From Octopus bimaculoides (taxonomy: Eukaryota): DNA of 64,000 nucleotides. The stretch covers positions 32,809,543 through 32,873,542 of the forward strand of contig NC_069003.1 of NCBI RefSeq assembly GCF_001194135.2, read 5' to 3'. Below are positions 13,727 to 27,212 of the stretch, one piece after another (position 1 is the stretch's first letter; each line of letters begins with the position of its first letter). A program made the position numbers and the translations under genes. Below the pieces are notes generated by a model that was not told the DNA's origin, ran no database searches, and worked only from the letters and a program-made list of their open reading frames with translations.

Positions 13727-14880
13727 GTAAGTTAATGAGCCAAGAGTTATAAAAGTTTGATTTCTTTCAGGTGGGAGGTGGGGAAGGAAAAAGAAAGAAA
13801 AAAAAAAGGAAAATGTGAAGAAATCTAGGATGTGTTGATTATTCATTCAAATGATTGAAGTAAAGAAGCAGTGTAACAATATATAAGCAAAAATATTTGT
13901 AAACACATCAAAATATGAATAGCCACTACTGTATTTTTGATACAGTACATAGTGTAAATATTTAGTGCAAACAGTCAAACATCAAAACCACATGGTTGCA
14001 AAACAAGCCTCTTAATTACACAGCCATGCATCTCTATGTCTCTCTTATATATCTCCTTTCTCTCTCTTTTCCTTCTCCTCTTCCCCCTCTCTCTCATACA
14101 CTTATTTTAGTTTTGATCTATATTCAATCTCCATCTACTCGTTATCTCATTGTAATCTACTTGTTGCTTTTTTCCCTTGTGGGCCTCTTGCAATTTGTCA
14201 GTAAATTTTAAGAGATGACTTTCATCCATAAAACAAAGAGCTGCTGTATAGCCCCAGATCCGTTCTGATCAAGCAGACCTATGAACAAAGGTAATGCAGC
14301 TGCAACTGTGCTATCTATTTGTATATTAAGGATGGCCATTGTCAAGATGTGAATGTGTGTCTGTGTTGTCTCCTTGTCGTGACATTTGCACGCTGGATGT
14401 AATAAGCAAAATCAGCTACATGCTCAGGGATTCATTTGTTTAGAATCTTCTGTGGAAATGTGTTGAGCCTTTTAGTTGTTCATTGTTTGAAGGTTTAGGG
14501 GAAATATTCTATAAATGAGAGCTGTCAATAGGAAAGCCTGACGACTTAACGAGGTCAACATCAGCAACATTAAAATAAAGATTGCACATCAATAGCAACA
14601 ATAACATCATCAATACCGAGATTAATCCCTTCGCATTTAAACTGGCCAAAATATTCTACCTGTTTTATGTTCAAACAGGCTAGCTCCGGCCCCTCACACC
14701 TACCCTACAATATCATTCTAAAAGTTAACAGTTAGGTCGTCATCACCACCACCACTACCATTGTTGTTATTGTCATCATCGTCACCACCACCACAAGTTT
14801 TGTCTGTTCCATGCAAGCATGGAAAAGTGAACACGAAGATGATAATGATGATGGTGGTGTGTGTGTGTACACATACACAC

Positions 14881-15547
14881 CAGGTCTGATCAAAAAGTGT
14901 CAGGACTGTTGCTATGGTAATGGAGCTGAAGTATTCAGAGTGAAGCCACTTGGTACAGATTGAACACTGTTGTGTATGTGCACTAAGTTTAATGTTCTTG
15001 CTTTCATTATTTATAGCATTGCTTGGAAATTAAAGTACACAGAGTGAAACTGCTTGGCACAGACTGACCTTGAATTCTGTCTCACATGCACACTAAGTTA
15101 TACCATTCTCATTCACTTCTGTTGTTTATAGCAGTGCTTGAAAGTAGAGTGTGTAGAGTGTGGTCGTTTCAAAACGAAAATTGGGTTTCAGCTGTACAGA
15201 ATCTTGATTGTGTCGCGGTTGATTAAAACTTTTTGAAAATGGTCCCGACGGACAATGAACCATGGGTCTATGGCTAAGATCCTGAAATCATGACTCGGTC
15301 TTTGCAATAGAAAACCCCCAACAAGATTTCAAGATGTTGGAGAAACCTAAGAGAATGTGATGAGGCAGTTGCTAGCTATCCCCAAAAAAGGAGTTCCAGG
15401 AATGTTTCCATCGCTGGAAATGACAGTGGATAAAATGTGTTGCTTTGGAAAGGAACTCCTTTGAAGGAGATTAAATGCCAAATTGATATGTATTGTAGGT
15501 TTTTTATATATAGCACTAGTTTCAATACTTTTTGAACAGATCTTGTA
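14881..15547 (+). mobile_element. Internally deleted mariner element
   Basis: Degenerate TIRs (aggtctgatcaaaaagt / actttttgaacagatct); TDNEPWVYG*DPE (TGDETW-like, about 15248) and C-terminal AIPKKEFQECF..WK..W.KCV...FEGD* ending at 15474. Confidence 0.7.
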
Positions 15548-17654
15548 TATGCATGTGTGTGTGTGTGTGTGTATATGAAAGGCCAGATCTGGTTGGTTTG
15601 AACATAAGACAGGTAGGATACTTGCTCTGTACTTCGCCAGTTTAACCCCTTTGTTACCATATTTCTGTTGAGATGCTCTGTCCAGCTACATGGTCAAAGA
15701 AATTCCTCTTTCTAAATAAACTGGTGTCACTGAGCAACTTATATTCTCTGACAACACCATGTGACCTGCCTTGGCCAATAGCAGCCTAACTTCCAATAGA
15801 GATTTTGGACTTCCTGTATCTCTTCACTCAATAATCTACAACCTGAAAGAGATGAGTTTCAGTTGGAGGCCTGCGAAATGGTTTGCAGCATGGAATCAAA
15901 TCAAATTTAAAGAATTTAGTAAAATAACTTAGTTATCTTTCAGCTAGTGTTAGGAACATAAATTGTGACTAAGGTTTGGTGGAAGATTTTAATTCAGAAC
16001 TTTTGAAAACTAGACATTTGTACTACAGAGCCAGAGTCGGTTTCAGCCGGGTTGGTATCAAAAAGGTTAAAGGCTAAAGATTCAGCCATGACTGAGCGGA
16101 TATATTATCAAAGACAGTCTAGTCATGATTGTCCTAGTTTTTGTTTTTCAAGCACTGTGAGTCTAGGACAATGATTTTAAACCTGCCTCCAGCTCTCTTT
16201 TAATTTCCTTAATAATCCTGTTATTATAGTGTCACTTATAAGTATACATGTATTTTAGTTTTGGTAAGCTGTTTTTGTAACCTCACAGTGCAGTAGTGCA
16301 AGGAAAACGTTTTTGTTTTGTTTTTTTCTTTTGTCAAAATCCATCACATTTTTACTATTTTGTTGGAAAATTTGCAGCATGTCCTGTTCACATGCTTGTC
16401 ATAAATTTTATTTAACTGACCCTGGACGACATCATCCAATGTATCTTTCCATCTTTGCTTTCATCTTCTACTTGTTTTACTCATTGGACTATGGCCAAGA
16501 TGGAGCACTTCATTGAAGGATAGTCAAGCAAACCGGCCTCAGTATTTATTATTTTCTTAAAGCCTGGTACTTGTTTACATCTCTGTAAATTAGTTATGGG
16601 GATGTAAACAAACCATCACCAGTTGTACAGCAGTAGTGGAGGAAAAAAATCATAAACACACAGATACACTTAATGGACTTCCTTCAACCTTCATCCACCC
16701 ATAAGACTTTTGGTTGTAGAAGATACTTGCCCAAGGTGTTGTGCAGTGGGATTGAACCAAAGACAACATAGTTAGGAAGCAAGCTTCTCAAACCACACAG
16801 CCATGCCTTAAATTACAGGATTTAATTTGAGTGAAGTTTTGCTGCTACTTCTATCAGATCAACAGAGACAACATAGAAGTTCCTCTTATTAGCTTATAGC
16901 TGTTGTGGTTCTGATGGCAATAATGCTGACTAGCAACAGTTGTGGCGCTGGAGTGAACCTACATAAGCAATAATTTATTAGTTTGCTATTTGGTTTCCAG
17001 ATTTATTAGTTTGAGCTGTGATAGCACTTTCAAGCAACCACACTCAGATAAATATATCTGGGCCAAATCTGGAAGCAAAGTAAAGCTTAAAAGTTTTCCT
17101 CTTACAACTCAAACAGAATCCAAGCAGAAGATAAGAACCAGCTTATTGAAATAAGGTGTAATACTGCCATTATAAATATACCTAATATATCTTTTCTTTC
17201 AGCTATATTTCTTAAAATAGCCATTTAATCCCTTGCAGCCAGCTAATGATGAAGCTAATAATTCCCCCAATAGACCATTAATAGGTCATTCTAATTGGAA
17301 TCCTAAAATAAAAATTATCTTACAAATCTTTTGCATAGATGTTTAAGTCTTCCTCATTGATGCTAATTTTAGGTGAAAGCAGGGAAAGCATTCTAATGGA
17401 TGTGTTTTGTACGATATATAATAATACTTTGAATTCATCTTAATGTTATTAACTGATGTTATCTTTTTGCTGAGAATCAATCAAATATTATTGACTTATT
17501 TTATAATACATTGTTTACCTTGCATTGTTTTCGATATCTTCTTATGTTATCTTGCACTAAAGTGAAGATTATAAACAACTAAAGTTGAACTTTTTTTTCT
17601 CTTTTTCTCTCATGAAATTTTGTTTTGTTTTGTTTTTCCTTTTTTTATATCCAG

Positions 17655-17845
17655 ATCCAAGGACAAAAGACTGGTTCTTCTTAGAAAGCAGTCCCTTGAA
17701 AGTATGGATTCTAACAGCAATGTACATTCTCTTTGTTATTTATGGACCAAAATATATGAAAAATCGAAAACCTTTTGATATACGTATTTTCATGGTTCTG
17801 TATAATCTTGCAATGGTTGTACTCTCTATCTATATGTTTGTTGAA
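17655..17845 (+). CDS. elovl2/5: Elongase coding exon 2 (DPRTKDWFFLESSP...GPKYMKNRKPFDIR...YNLAMVVLSIYMFVE)
   Basis: ccag| acceptor and GAA|gtgagt donor; ELO-family DPR, GPKYM.NRKP and YN motifs. Confidence 0.96.
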
Positions 17846-19307
17846 GTGAGTATTATTACTATTATTATTATTATTATTATTGAACTATTGTATTCATTGA
17901 ATATTTCAGCATGCTGAGTTTGATTTTTTTGTTGTTGTTATTTTCTTTCTTTTCAATTAAGCCATCATTTTCAAAGCCGATGCTATTTAAAATATCCATA
18001 AATGGTGTTGAACTGCTAACGAGAGCGCTTTCTTAAAAGGAAAATCCTCTTATCTACAAAAACAGTGGCAGAGCATTGGGTGCAGCTGCGGCTGTGTGGT
18101 TAAGTTCACTTTGCAATCACATGGTCCCAGGTTCAATCTCACCATATAGCAATGACACCTTGGTAGAGTGTCTTTTACCATAGTTTTGTGAAGAGCCAAG
18201 TGTTGTGAGGAGAATTTGGTATATGGGAACTGTACTGAAGCCCATTGGTTGAGCTGGATAAGTTCTAGAATGGTAATCAAAAATCTACCAAGAATCTGGT
18301 TCACTGCCAATACATGGAGCTTTTGTATGTTCAGCAGAGTCCACTCTGCTGTGAATATTCAAACTAGGTCCCTAGTCTTGAGCATACAGTGATAAATTAT
18401 TTCCTACTTTTCTGCTGTAGCGATCCATGAGTCATAATTTCTGCCCCCTTTTTCCCCCCCACGTCAAACTCTCAGAAGCTTTACAAAAAGGTCATAGGTT
18501 GCTGACCTTCAGTTTCTAAGCCATTAAAAGAAAGGGAAAAAATAATTGCTACAGATCCTCTCTAACAATTTATTCCACAAACTTTAGCATTATCTGTTAG
18601 TTATCTTTTTATTTTTTTTATTTTATTTCTTTCACTCATTGGACTGTGGCCATGCTGGTGCACCACCTTGAAGGGTTCAGTCGAACAAACTGATTCCCTG
18701 TACTGTTTTTTTTTAAACCTGGTACCTTATCAGTCTCTTTTGTGGAACCACTAAGTTACAGAGACATAAACATACCAATACTAGTTGTCAAGTGCTGGTG
18801 GGATACCTGCACACATACACACACACATATATACATAGTCATGTGTGTATATACTAGCAGAGATACCCGACGTTGCTTGGGATTAAAATGGCATAGTTTG
18901 TATATATATTACAGTTATGTTGGAATAGGTAATACGGGAAAGTGCAACATTGACGACAAAACCTTTGTGGAGTAAATGATGGGCTAATTCAACTAAGTTC
19001 CGTGACTGCAGGTAATTAGTACTAATACTATAAAATATGAATGCTATCCTTTAAGGGATAGCATGATTCTGGGTTCAGTCCCACTGTATGGCACCTTGGG
19101 CAAGTGTCTTCTGCTATAGCCCTGGGCTACCCAAAGCCTTGTGAGTGCATTTGGTAGACAGAAATCGAAAGAAGCCCATCTTGTGTGTGTGTGTGTGGTT
19201 GTGTGTTTACAATTATACTTTTTTTTTTTATTATTTCATGTAATCCATTTTTGTAAGCATTTTTTCCAGTTATATTTTTAGTGTTTCATATTTGTAAGAT
19301 GTTATGA

Positions 19308-20023
19308 NNNNNNNNNNNNNNNNNNNNNNNNNNNNNNNNNNNNNNNNNNNNNNNNNNNNNNNNNNNNNNNNNNNNNNNNNNNNNNNNNNNNNNNNNNNNN
19401 NNNNNNNNNNNNNNNNNNNNNNNNNNNNNNNNNNNNNNNNNNNNNNNNNNNNNNNNNNNNNNNNNNNNNNNNNNNNNNNNNNNNNNNNNNNNNNNNNNNN
19501 NNNNNNNNNNNNNNNNNNNNNNNNNNNNNNNNNNNNNNNNNNNNNNNNNNNNNNNNNNNNNNNNNNNNNNNNNNNNNNNNNNNNNNNNNNNNNNNNNNNN
19601 NNNNNNNNNNNNNNNNNNNNNNNNNNNNNNNNNNNNNNNNNNNNNNNNNNNNNNNNNNNNNNNNNNNNNNNNNNNNNNNNNNNNNNNNNNNNNNNNNNNN
19701 NNNNNNNNNNNNNNNNNNNNNNNNNNNNNNNNNNNNNNNNNNNNNNNNNNNNNNNNNNNNNNNNNNNNNNNNNNNNNNNNNNNNNNNNNNNNNNNNNNNN
19801 NNNNNNNNNNNNNNNNNNNNNNNNNNNNNNNNNNNNNNNNNNNNNNNNNNNNNNNNNNNNNNNNNNNNNNNNNNNNNNNNNNNNNNNNNNNNNNNNNNNN
19901 NNNNNNNNNNNNNNNNNNNNNNNNNNNNNNNNNNNNNNNNNNNNNNNNNNNNNNNNNNNNNNNNNNNNNNNNNNNNNNNNNNNNNNNNNNNNNNNNNNNN
20001 NNNNNNNNNNNNNNNNNNNNNNN
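19308..20023. other. Assembly gap (others: 31918-32251, 33392-33498, 37824-38339, 42130-42283, 47501-48107, 54724-54747, 61863-62208)
   Basis: Runs of N. Confidence 1.
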
Positions 20024-21164
20024 CTAAAAGATGGCATTCGTATTTACTAGAATGCAAGTCTCATGAATATAAATCAGAACACTTTCAAACAGGTTAGTTC
20101 AGCTACCGTGGGGGGGGGGGCGTTTTGAAGGAAAGATAATTTTTAAAATCTTTTACTTGTTTCCCCTGTATCCATGGTGGGGCATTTCCTTGAAGGGTTT
20201 AGCCAAACAAATCAACTCCAGTACTTAATTTTTTTTAAAGCCTGGTACATATGCTATTGGTTTCTTTTTGCCAAACTGCTAAGTCATGTAGATGTACACA
20301 AACCTTAGTGAAAGGATGAAAAGTAAACTTGTCCTCAGCTGAATTTGAACTCAGAATGTAAAGGCATGAAATGCTGCTTTGCATTTTGCCTGGTGTGATA
20401 ATGACTCTGCCAGCTCACTGACTTAGCAGTAGTAATGGTTTCAAATTTTGGCTCAAAGAGTCGTAAGTCAGCTACATCGACCCCCAGTGTTTAATTGCTA
20501 CTTATATTATTGACCCAGAAAAGATGAAAGGCAAAATCAACCTTGGTGGAAATTTGAACTCGGAACGTAAGGACAGACAGTATGCCACTAAGGAGTGTGC
20601 TAATGAGTTTGCCTGCTCGTTGCCTTTGACTTAATGGTAGTAATAATAATAATAATACCTGCCAACATTGTTTTCTACCATTGGAATTAATTATTAATTA
20701 CTCTTGTTGTATCTGACGACTGATACAACTGAAGCAAGCTGGTTGTTTTTAAATAGGCATTTAGCAAACCGTTTGTTTTTCAGAAAATATCATTCTTGAA
20801 TCAATCTATATGTTAATGAAACTTGTGGAAGGAATGGTAATGGCTGCAGGAGACGTTTATGATGATGTTGGTGTTGCTTAGTTCCAGTTCAACCATATTT
20901 GAGCAGACTTACTGATCAACCATGTTGTTGCCATAATCATCCCATCTTTTTTCATACAGTGTATCTCTCATCTACAGCTACATAACTCTATTGATGTTTT
21001 CTGCTGCTTCTTTTTTTTTTTAAATAATTGTGTTTTGAGGGAGATTAGATCTGGCTGTTATTTCTTCCAGGTCAGGCAGCTATCTACAAACTTCTATAAT
21101 GGCTCAACTGTTATCAGTTTGGGCTAAATTTGACAGTTTGCATGAAGGGGGGGGGGGACACAAT

Positions 21165-21290
21165 GTCCCCAACTTCAACCATGACCTCAAGACACCTCCA
21201 GAACCTGTCACATATCTTCATCACCATGTCCCTGGAGAGATCTTTGAACACCTCTTTATATAAGCTTGTGTTTATCATAATTTTTTGTGC
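21165..21290 (-). pseudogene. Tc1/mariner-superfamily (maT/DD37D-like) transposase C-terminal remnant
   Basis: KEVFKDLSRDMVMKICDRFWRCLEVMVEVG in the ORF track resembles the terminal helix motif of these transposases. Confidence 0.45.
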
Positions 21291-21890
21291 ATTTGCCCTT
21301 TTTACCACAACCAACCAACAATGCTGCAAAGTATAGTAGTAACCAAACCACCACTATACTTGGAGCAGACAAGATGATGGTAATCGGTGTGGAGCTCTGA
21401 ACTGATTAGTAGCAGCAGTACATACAAGATCAGCATCATCGTCATCATCATCACCATTTAGTTTCTGCTTTCCATGCTGGCATGGGTTGGACAGTTTGAC
21501 TGAAACTGGTAAGCTGGAGAGCTGCACCAGGTTCCAATCTCATTTGGCATAGTTTCTACAGCTTGATGCCCTTCCTAATGCCAGTCACTCCAAGAGTGTA
21601 ATGGGTGATTTTTATGTACCAGTGCATGACATTGGTCTCAGCCACAAATACGATTTCACTTGACTTGATATACATGCATACAGACAGACAGATAGATAGA
21701 CAAGTGGCTTATTCACAATTTACGACTGAAAGGCAGAATTATGGATGTCACTAAAGTGACTGAGGGTACTAGTTAGCACCAGCATTGCTAGAAATAAGAG
21801 TCAAAGCAACTATTAGCCACAATAAAGCACTTATCTTATGACTGACAGAGGAGGCAACCTCCCTACTGCTTCCGGGGCATAGCCATAACA

Positions 21891-21975
21891 TGCACTTTAT
21901 ACACCAGAGGATGTAGTATGACTTTATATATTCACAACCCTAAACTGGAAGAGTTAAAAATAAACACACACACCA

Positions 21976-22022
<47 letters not shown>

Positions 22023-22077
22023 CAGTTTAGGCTTGTGAATATTTAGTCATACTACATCCTCTGGTGTATAAAGTGCA
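21891..22077. repeat. Inverted repeat (about 55-bp arms) enclosing a (TA)n tract
   Basis: 21891-21947 vs 22023-22077; the outer 33 bp are perfect. Confidence 0.9.
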
Positions 22078-22659
22078 GGTTGATAAAAATGAACAACGAA
22101 ATTTGCTTTGAAATGACCCTTTTATTGGCTCTGATTGTTAGTCTCATAAGTTTTGAATTAAACATGTCAGCAAGCGCTCACTATTGTCATTTTAATAAAG
22201 ACTTGCACAATGTTATACGCCTTTATTCGTAGATGAGGTCTTTTGTAAATGGAATCCTTTCATGTCTCATTCAGGTGAGATTATGCAAATCTTTACGCTG
22301 CATAACCCCACCTGAATTCCAACAATGGAGAATGAAAAGTCAGGTAAAAAGGTTGCTGATAAATAATTAATGTCATTTAATATGGTTTTATGTTGCAGTA
22401 GGTAAGTGATAGTATGGTTAGGTTCAAAAGGGCTGCTCAGTGGTTCGCTGCACTTTTTTGCAGGTGAAAATAAAAAATGAGTTTCTCTACCTTGATGCCA
22501 AAGATTTTCTTTTTTTGTTTTTGAAGGATGTGAAAGTTTCAAGCATTCTCATTAATGTTTGTATGTGTGTCACTGATTTTATATATATATATATATATAT
22601 AATTGTCACTAAATGTGACTAGGGTGTTAGGAAACGCCTACATTGCTAGAGATAATAGC

Positions 22660-22825
22660 TAAAGCACTCTAATGTTGTAGTTAATGGACATGAGTGAAGA
22701 CCTATGCATTAACAGGGAGCATAATTGTCCGAAAAATCTCAATCAGCAATTTTTGGACAATTATGGTCCCTGTTAGTGTATATGTTTTCATTCGTGTGCA
22801 TTAACTACAGCATTAGAGTGCTTTA
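22660..22825. repeat. Imperfect hairpin, about 78-bp arms, 11-nt loop
   Basis: 22660-22737 vs 22749-22825; 9 substitutions and 1 bulge. Confidence 0.9.
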
Positions 22826-23825
22826 ACATGTTTGTGGTGTATTGTTAATAAGGAGGCTTTTGATCTTATTGTTTTTGTAATACATAACTAGCATTGGCAT
22901 AGTTTACTTCCTTACCACATGGTTCTGGGTTCAGTCCCACTATTTGACACCTTGGGCACATGTCTTCTGCAATAGTCTTAGGCCTGCCAAAGCTTTTTGA
23001 GTGGATTTGGTAGATGGTTGCCCCAGTCCACTCAGCTGGCGAAAATCAGTAATCCTTTGACAGACCAGTGTCTCATCCAGGTGGGGAATTCATATGCCAT
23101 GGAAGCTGGGAAACCGACTCTTATGAGTCAGCGTGATTTGAGAAGGTAACCTTTACTTTACTTTCTAGTTCTATTGAGTCCTAGAGGAGGGTCTGCTTCA
23201 ACTACTTTGAGAACTTTGGATCAAGATCAGGCATGGGATCAACCTTTTACGAGAACTTGGCCACGTGAGATATGGCTCATCATCAGGTGGTCATTTTAGT
23301 AAATGTTGTGTTCCTTGTGAAATTAGGCACGCCATTTAGAAAGTCCCACGGGCTGCAGTTTGCCCATGACTGATGAAGATGTTGGATGTGTTAAAGTAGC
23401 CAGTTGCTCAAAGTGTGAAAGTGTTAAATGGCTAGTTGATAATGGTGTTTTAAGTTGTTAGATGCTGGAAGTATTAAATGGCTGTTGTTGGAAATGTTAT
23501 GTGGCCAGTTGCTTGAGACGAAGGGCTATAAAGCTGATAGATGAGATGAATTGCTAGACGCTGGAGGTGCAGAGATATTAAGTGGTGAGACTCAAGGTAG
23601 TGTGAAGTAACTAAATACTGGTGATAGCTAAATGGCTAGTTGCAGGATATATTTAAGTGGCTAGTTACTAGAAATAGTTTAATGGCCAGTTGTTGGGAAG
23701 TATGGAGATATTTAATCTGTTATGGCTGAAGATGCTAAGTGACTTGTTGTTGGAAATACTGACTGGTATATTTATATTCCACTAAATTGATTTGACTATT
23801 TTTTTTACACTCTATCTTCTTACAG

Positions 23826-23912
23826 ATTATCCTAAGTACACAAGCCCTTGGATACACTGTTATATGTGCACCATATACAAAATCTAATGCTCAAAATCCT
23901 AAAGAAATGAGA
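23826..23912 (+). CDS. elovl2/5: Elongase coding exon 3 (IILSTQALGYTVICAPYTKSNAQNPKEMR)
   Basis: ttacag| acceptor and AGA|gtaagt donor; 87 nt, phase 0/0; GY..C luminal loop typical of ELOVLs. Confidence 0.92.
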
Positions 23913-26382
23913 GTAAGTATTTTTTATTATCATTTTCAATCAATGACCTGTCAAGATGGTTTTTTAATTATACTGTTTGTTTAGGTTTGTTGTTGTTGTG
24001 GTGTCACCAACCTGATTGATTAGACAATGATCAAAAGCGTTTTTCAGTCACGGCCATTCTGTGTTGCTGGAATTCTTGCCATTCTTTCCAGATATGTTCC
24101 AGACGGAAACGAGTAAGGCATTTCAGAATCTGATTAATGTTTTTAGTCAGTGTCTGTCTGACTTGACAGACAGGAGGAAATAATTAATTATAGATCTAAT
24201 TACAAACTTGTTAGGCTAGAGTGTTCTAAGCGGACATAATTATAATGTTATATACAGAGTCTAAGGAGAAAAAAAAAACAATTGGTTGTCTGGGTTGGCA
24301 AAAACTATAGAATGATGTTCAAGAATTTGAATTCAATTTTGTATTGTGTGAGGTGAAAAGAGAACTATAACATTTCAGAGGTGACTTTTTGTCTGAGAGA
24401 AAAGAACTGTAATTCATATTTTTCAACAATAATTAAATAAAAGTATAGGTCTAATTACCAATCAGATAGGATAGAATGCTCTAAGAGAACATAATGTAGA
24501 TTTAACTACTGACTAAATGGGTTAGAGTGTTCTAAGAGTACACATTTAATTTTAGATTTAATTACTAGCTTGGTAGTAATTTGTCTGATTACTATTAACA
24601 AAGTCTCTTTCTTTAGAACCATGTTGTAAAGAGTGTGATCATCTTCTCCCCCCCCCCCTCATTTATTCAGAATACCTTTTATTGCTTGAAATGTTAGCTG
24701 TAGCCTTTTCCACTCTATCTGTTATGGATTGTGGTTCCTTGTAGAATTGAATCTCTTGTGCAAAATAATATTGGGAGTAACCGTCTCTTTCAGTTGGGTT
24801 TCATTTTTAATATGAAACATTCAATGTTTTAATAAGACCAGAATCTTAAATTGTCTGCAAAGTTGACTGATCCAAGCGGGGAAAAAAAGTTTTATATTCC
24901 TAAAACTAAGTACACTGCTTTATCTCATACTGAAAGTTTAAGGAACCTTTTTACCTTATATTTGGCTTAATCATTGGACTGCGACCATACTGGGACACCA
25001 CCTTGAAGGGTTTAGTTGAATAGGTCAATACCAGTACTTATTTTTTTTCATAGCTATCATACTTATTTTATCAGTCTCTTGCCAAACTGCTACATTATGG
25101 GTGTGTAAACAAACCAACATTGGTTATCAAGTGGTGGTGTGGGACAAAGACATGCACACACACACACACATCTACCAAATCCACTCACATGGCTTTGGTT
25201 AGCCCTGGGTTATAGTGGAAGACACTTGCCCAAGGTGCCATGCACTGGGACTGAACCCCAGACCTCATGATTGAGAAGCAAGCTTCTTACCCATACAGCC
25301 ACTATGTTATAATTATGTTTATTTGGAACTTAATCAAGTTTGTAATTAGATCATAATTAATGATCTCTTCTTAGAACGTTCTGTCACCTCTGACACTAAT
25401 TAAAAGATTGATGAGATTCTAAGATGCCTTTCTTATTCTCATTCACATATATCCAGAAAGTATGACAAATGTTCCAATCAATGGGATGGTCATGACTGAA
25501 ATGCTTTTGATCATGAGTCTGCTTGATCTGGGCGCCATTCTTACTTCATTATTACATAATTGGCTTTCTGCACTGGGTCAGTCATGACTGATCAGACTTA
25601 AAACCAAAGATGTTCCACCCATGAGCATCCCATCCGTCTTTCAAGGACAGTCGTGGGCTGACTGCAGCCCATGGGACTTTCTGAATGGCATGCCCAAATT
25701 CATGAAGGAAATGTCGTTCATTAAAATTACTTTGAGTATTTTCATTAGTGTGGTCCTTCTGACGATGAGCCATGTTTCATATGGCCTGTTTCTCTAAAAC
25801 TGTTGCCCACACCTGATCTAAGACTTCATTATCCAGTGTGCCCTTCAATTTTAATCATGCATTATCTTAGCTTCAAGATTTCAATGATGTAATTGTTTAT
25901 TTTCAGAATGAAATTGTAGGGTAGGTGTGAGGCCGAATCTAGCTAGTTTGACCATAAAACAAGGTAGAATATTTGGGTTTGATGTGTCCAGTTTAAACAC
26001 TAAAGGGTTAAAACATATAATACAGGTCCAGCTTTGCATATTGGACCTAAGATGATTTTTTTTTTTTTCTTTAAGACATTTTTTGGGAAAAGGTGCATCT
26101 TATACACTATCAAATATGGTGCTTATAAGTGGCCCAGTTTAATGTCATCATCACCACTACCAGAACCATTTAGTTTATGAGTGTCTTTAGCAGAGTCTAC
26201 ACTGTTCAGGCATTTGGACTAGGCTTCTGGTCTGAAGTTAACTCCCTCCTTGATCTTGGAAGTCCTGAATACAGTTTCTAGACCCTGAAAATAGTTTATA
26301 AGCTCTTCTTTTTTTAGCTTTAATAAAGCTATGAAAAATATGATAATGTGTAAAATATGCTTTTCTCTTGTCTGTTTTGTAG

Positions 26383-26554
26383 CTTGCTCGAGTTCTTTGG
26401 TGGTACTATTTCTCAAAAGCTATTGAATTAATGGATACAGTGTTAATGATATTAAGGAAAAAAAATGATCAAGTTACATTCCTGCATGTCTTCCATCATG
26501 CCACAATGCTGAATATTTGGTGGTGGGTTATGATGTTCATTCCTGGGGGTCAGA
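26383..26554 (+). CDS. elovl2/5: Elongase coding exon 4 with histidine box ([19 protein letters not shown]...[28 protein letters not shown])
   Basis: tttgtag| acceptor and A|gtaagt donor; KxxExxDT and HxxHH motifs. TMLNIWW resembles ELOVL2/5 rather than ELOVL4. Confidence 0.97.
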
Positions 26555-26589
26555 GTAAGTATTACCATTAATCATATTGTTTTAATAAT

Positions 26590-26817
26590 CATCTTTTGAC
26601 GTTAGACAACTCTGTCAAATGTAATGCTTATTTTTTTTTCACATTGTTTCAAATTAATCATGCATTATTATTCCATAGCTTTAGGATTTCAATGATGTGA
26701 TTGTTTTATTCTTAGAATAACATTGTAGGGTAGCTGAGAAAGGCTGGATCTGGTTGGTTTGAAAATAAAACAGGGAGTGTATTTTGGCCGGATATGGCCA
26801 GTTTAAATGCTAAAGGG
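26590..26817 (-). mobile_element. piggyBac-like MITE, family 2 (other copies near 8650-8870, 12790-12900, 14625-14735, 25820-26012, 55335-55400)
   Basis: Recurrent ...ggccagtttaaatgctaaaggg|ttaa end and shared internal sequence. Confidence 0.6.
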
Positions 26818-27024
26818 TTAATTATGGCTTAGTGGTTTGGGTAGTTTAGTTATTTAAACAAGTGAAAGATTCATTGTTACACTAAGGTTCCATTTATTTT
26901 ACGGTGTGTATCTAAACAAATATCTCCATTGCTTCACCAACATGTTGCTTTATGATAATAAAAATGTTGTATTCAAACGATACTTCATGTGTTCTAATTC
27001 TGTTTTATTTTCCTTTTATTTCAG

Positions 27025-27149
27025 CTTGGTTCGGTGCTTGTTTAAACTGTTTTATCCATGTTGTTATGTATACATACTATGGCCTGTCTGCTATACCATC
27101 ATTAAAAAAGAGGCTCTGGTGGAAAAAGTATATAACAAAAATGCAACTG
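27025..27149 (+). CDS. elovl2/5: Elongase coding exon 5 ([25 protein letters not shown]...[11 protein letters not shown])
   Basis: tttcag| acceptor and CTG|gtaaga donor; NxxxHxxMYxYY and WWKKYIT..Q motifs. Confidence 0.97.
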
Positions 27150-27212
27150 GTAAGACTATGTTGATGTTCTGTTTATTCATTTTTTTTTTTTTCTGATGAT
27201 GAGAAATGTTTC

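Noticed and set aside
19270-20057. Long ORFs in the track spanning N runs (also at 31.8, 33.3, 37.6, 42.0, 47.5 and 61.8 kb)
   Set aside because: Artefacts of translating assembly gaps.
23729-23775. CTGAAGA...GAAA TAC tgactg GTA TA hammerhead-like string
   Set aside because: Stem III pairs but stems I and II do not; lies in a degenerate repeat, so probably chance.
25440-25790. Second mariner remnant sharing sequence with 6470-6560
   Set aside because: Similarity is visible but too degraded for a reliable motif or boundary call.
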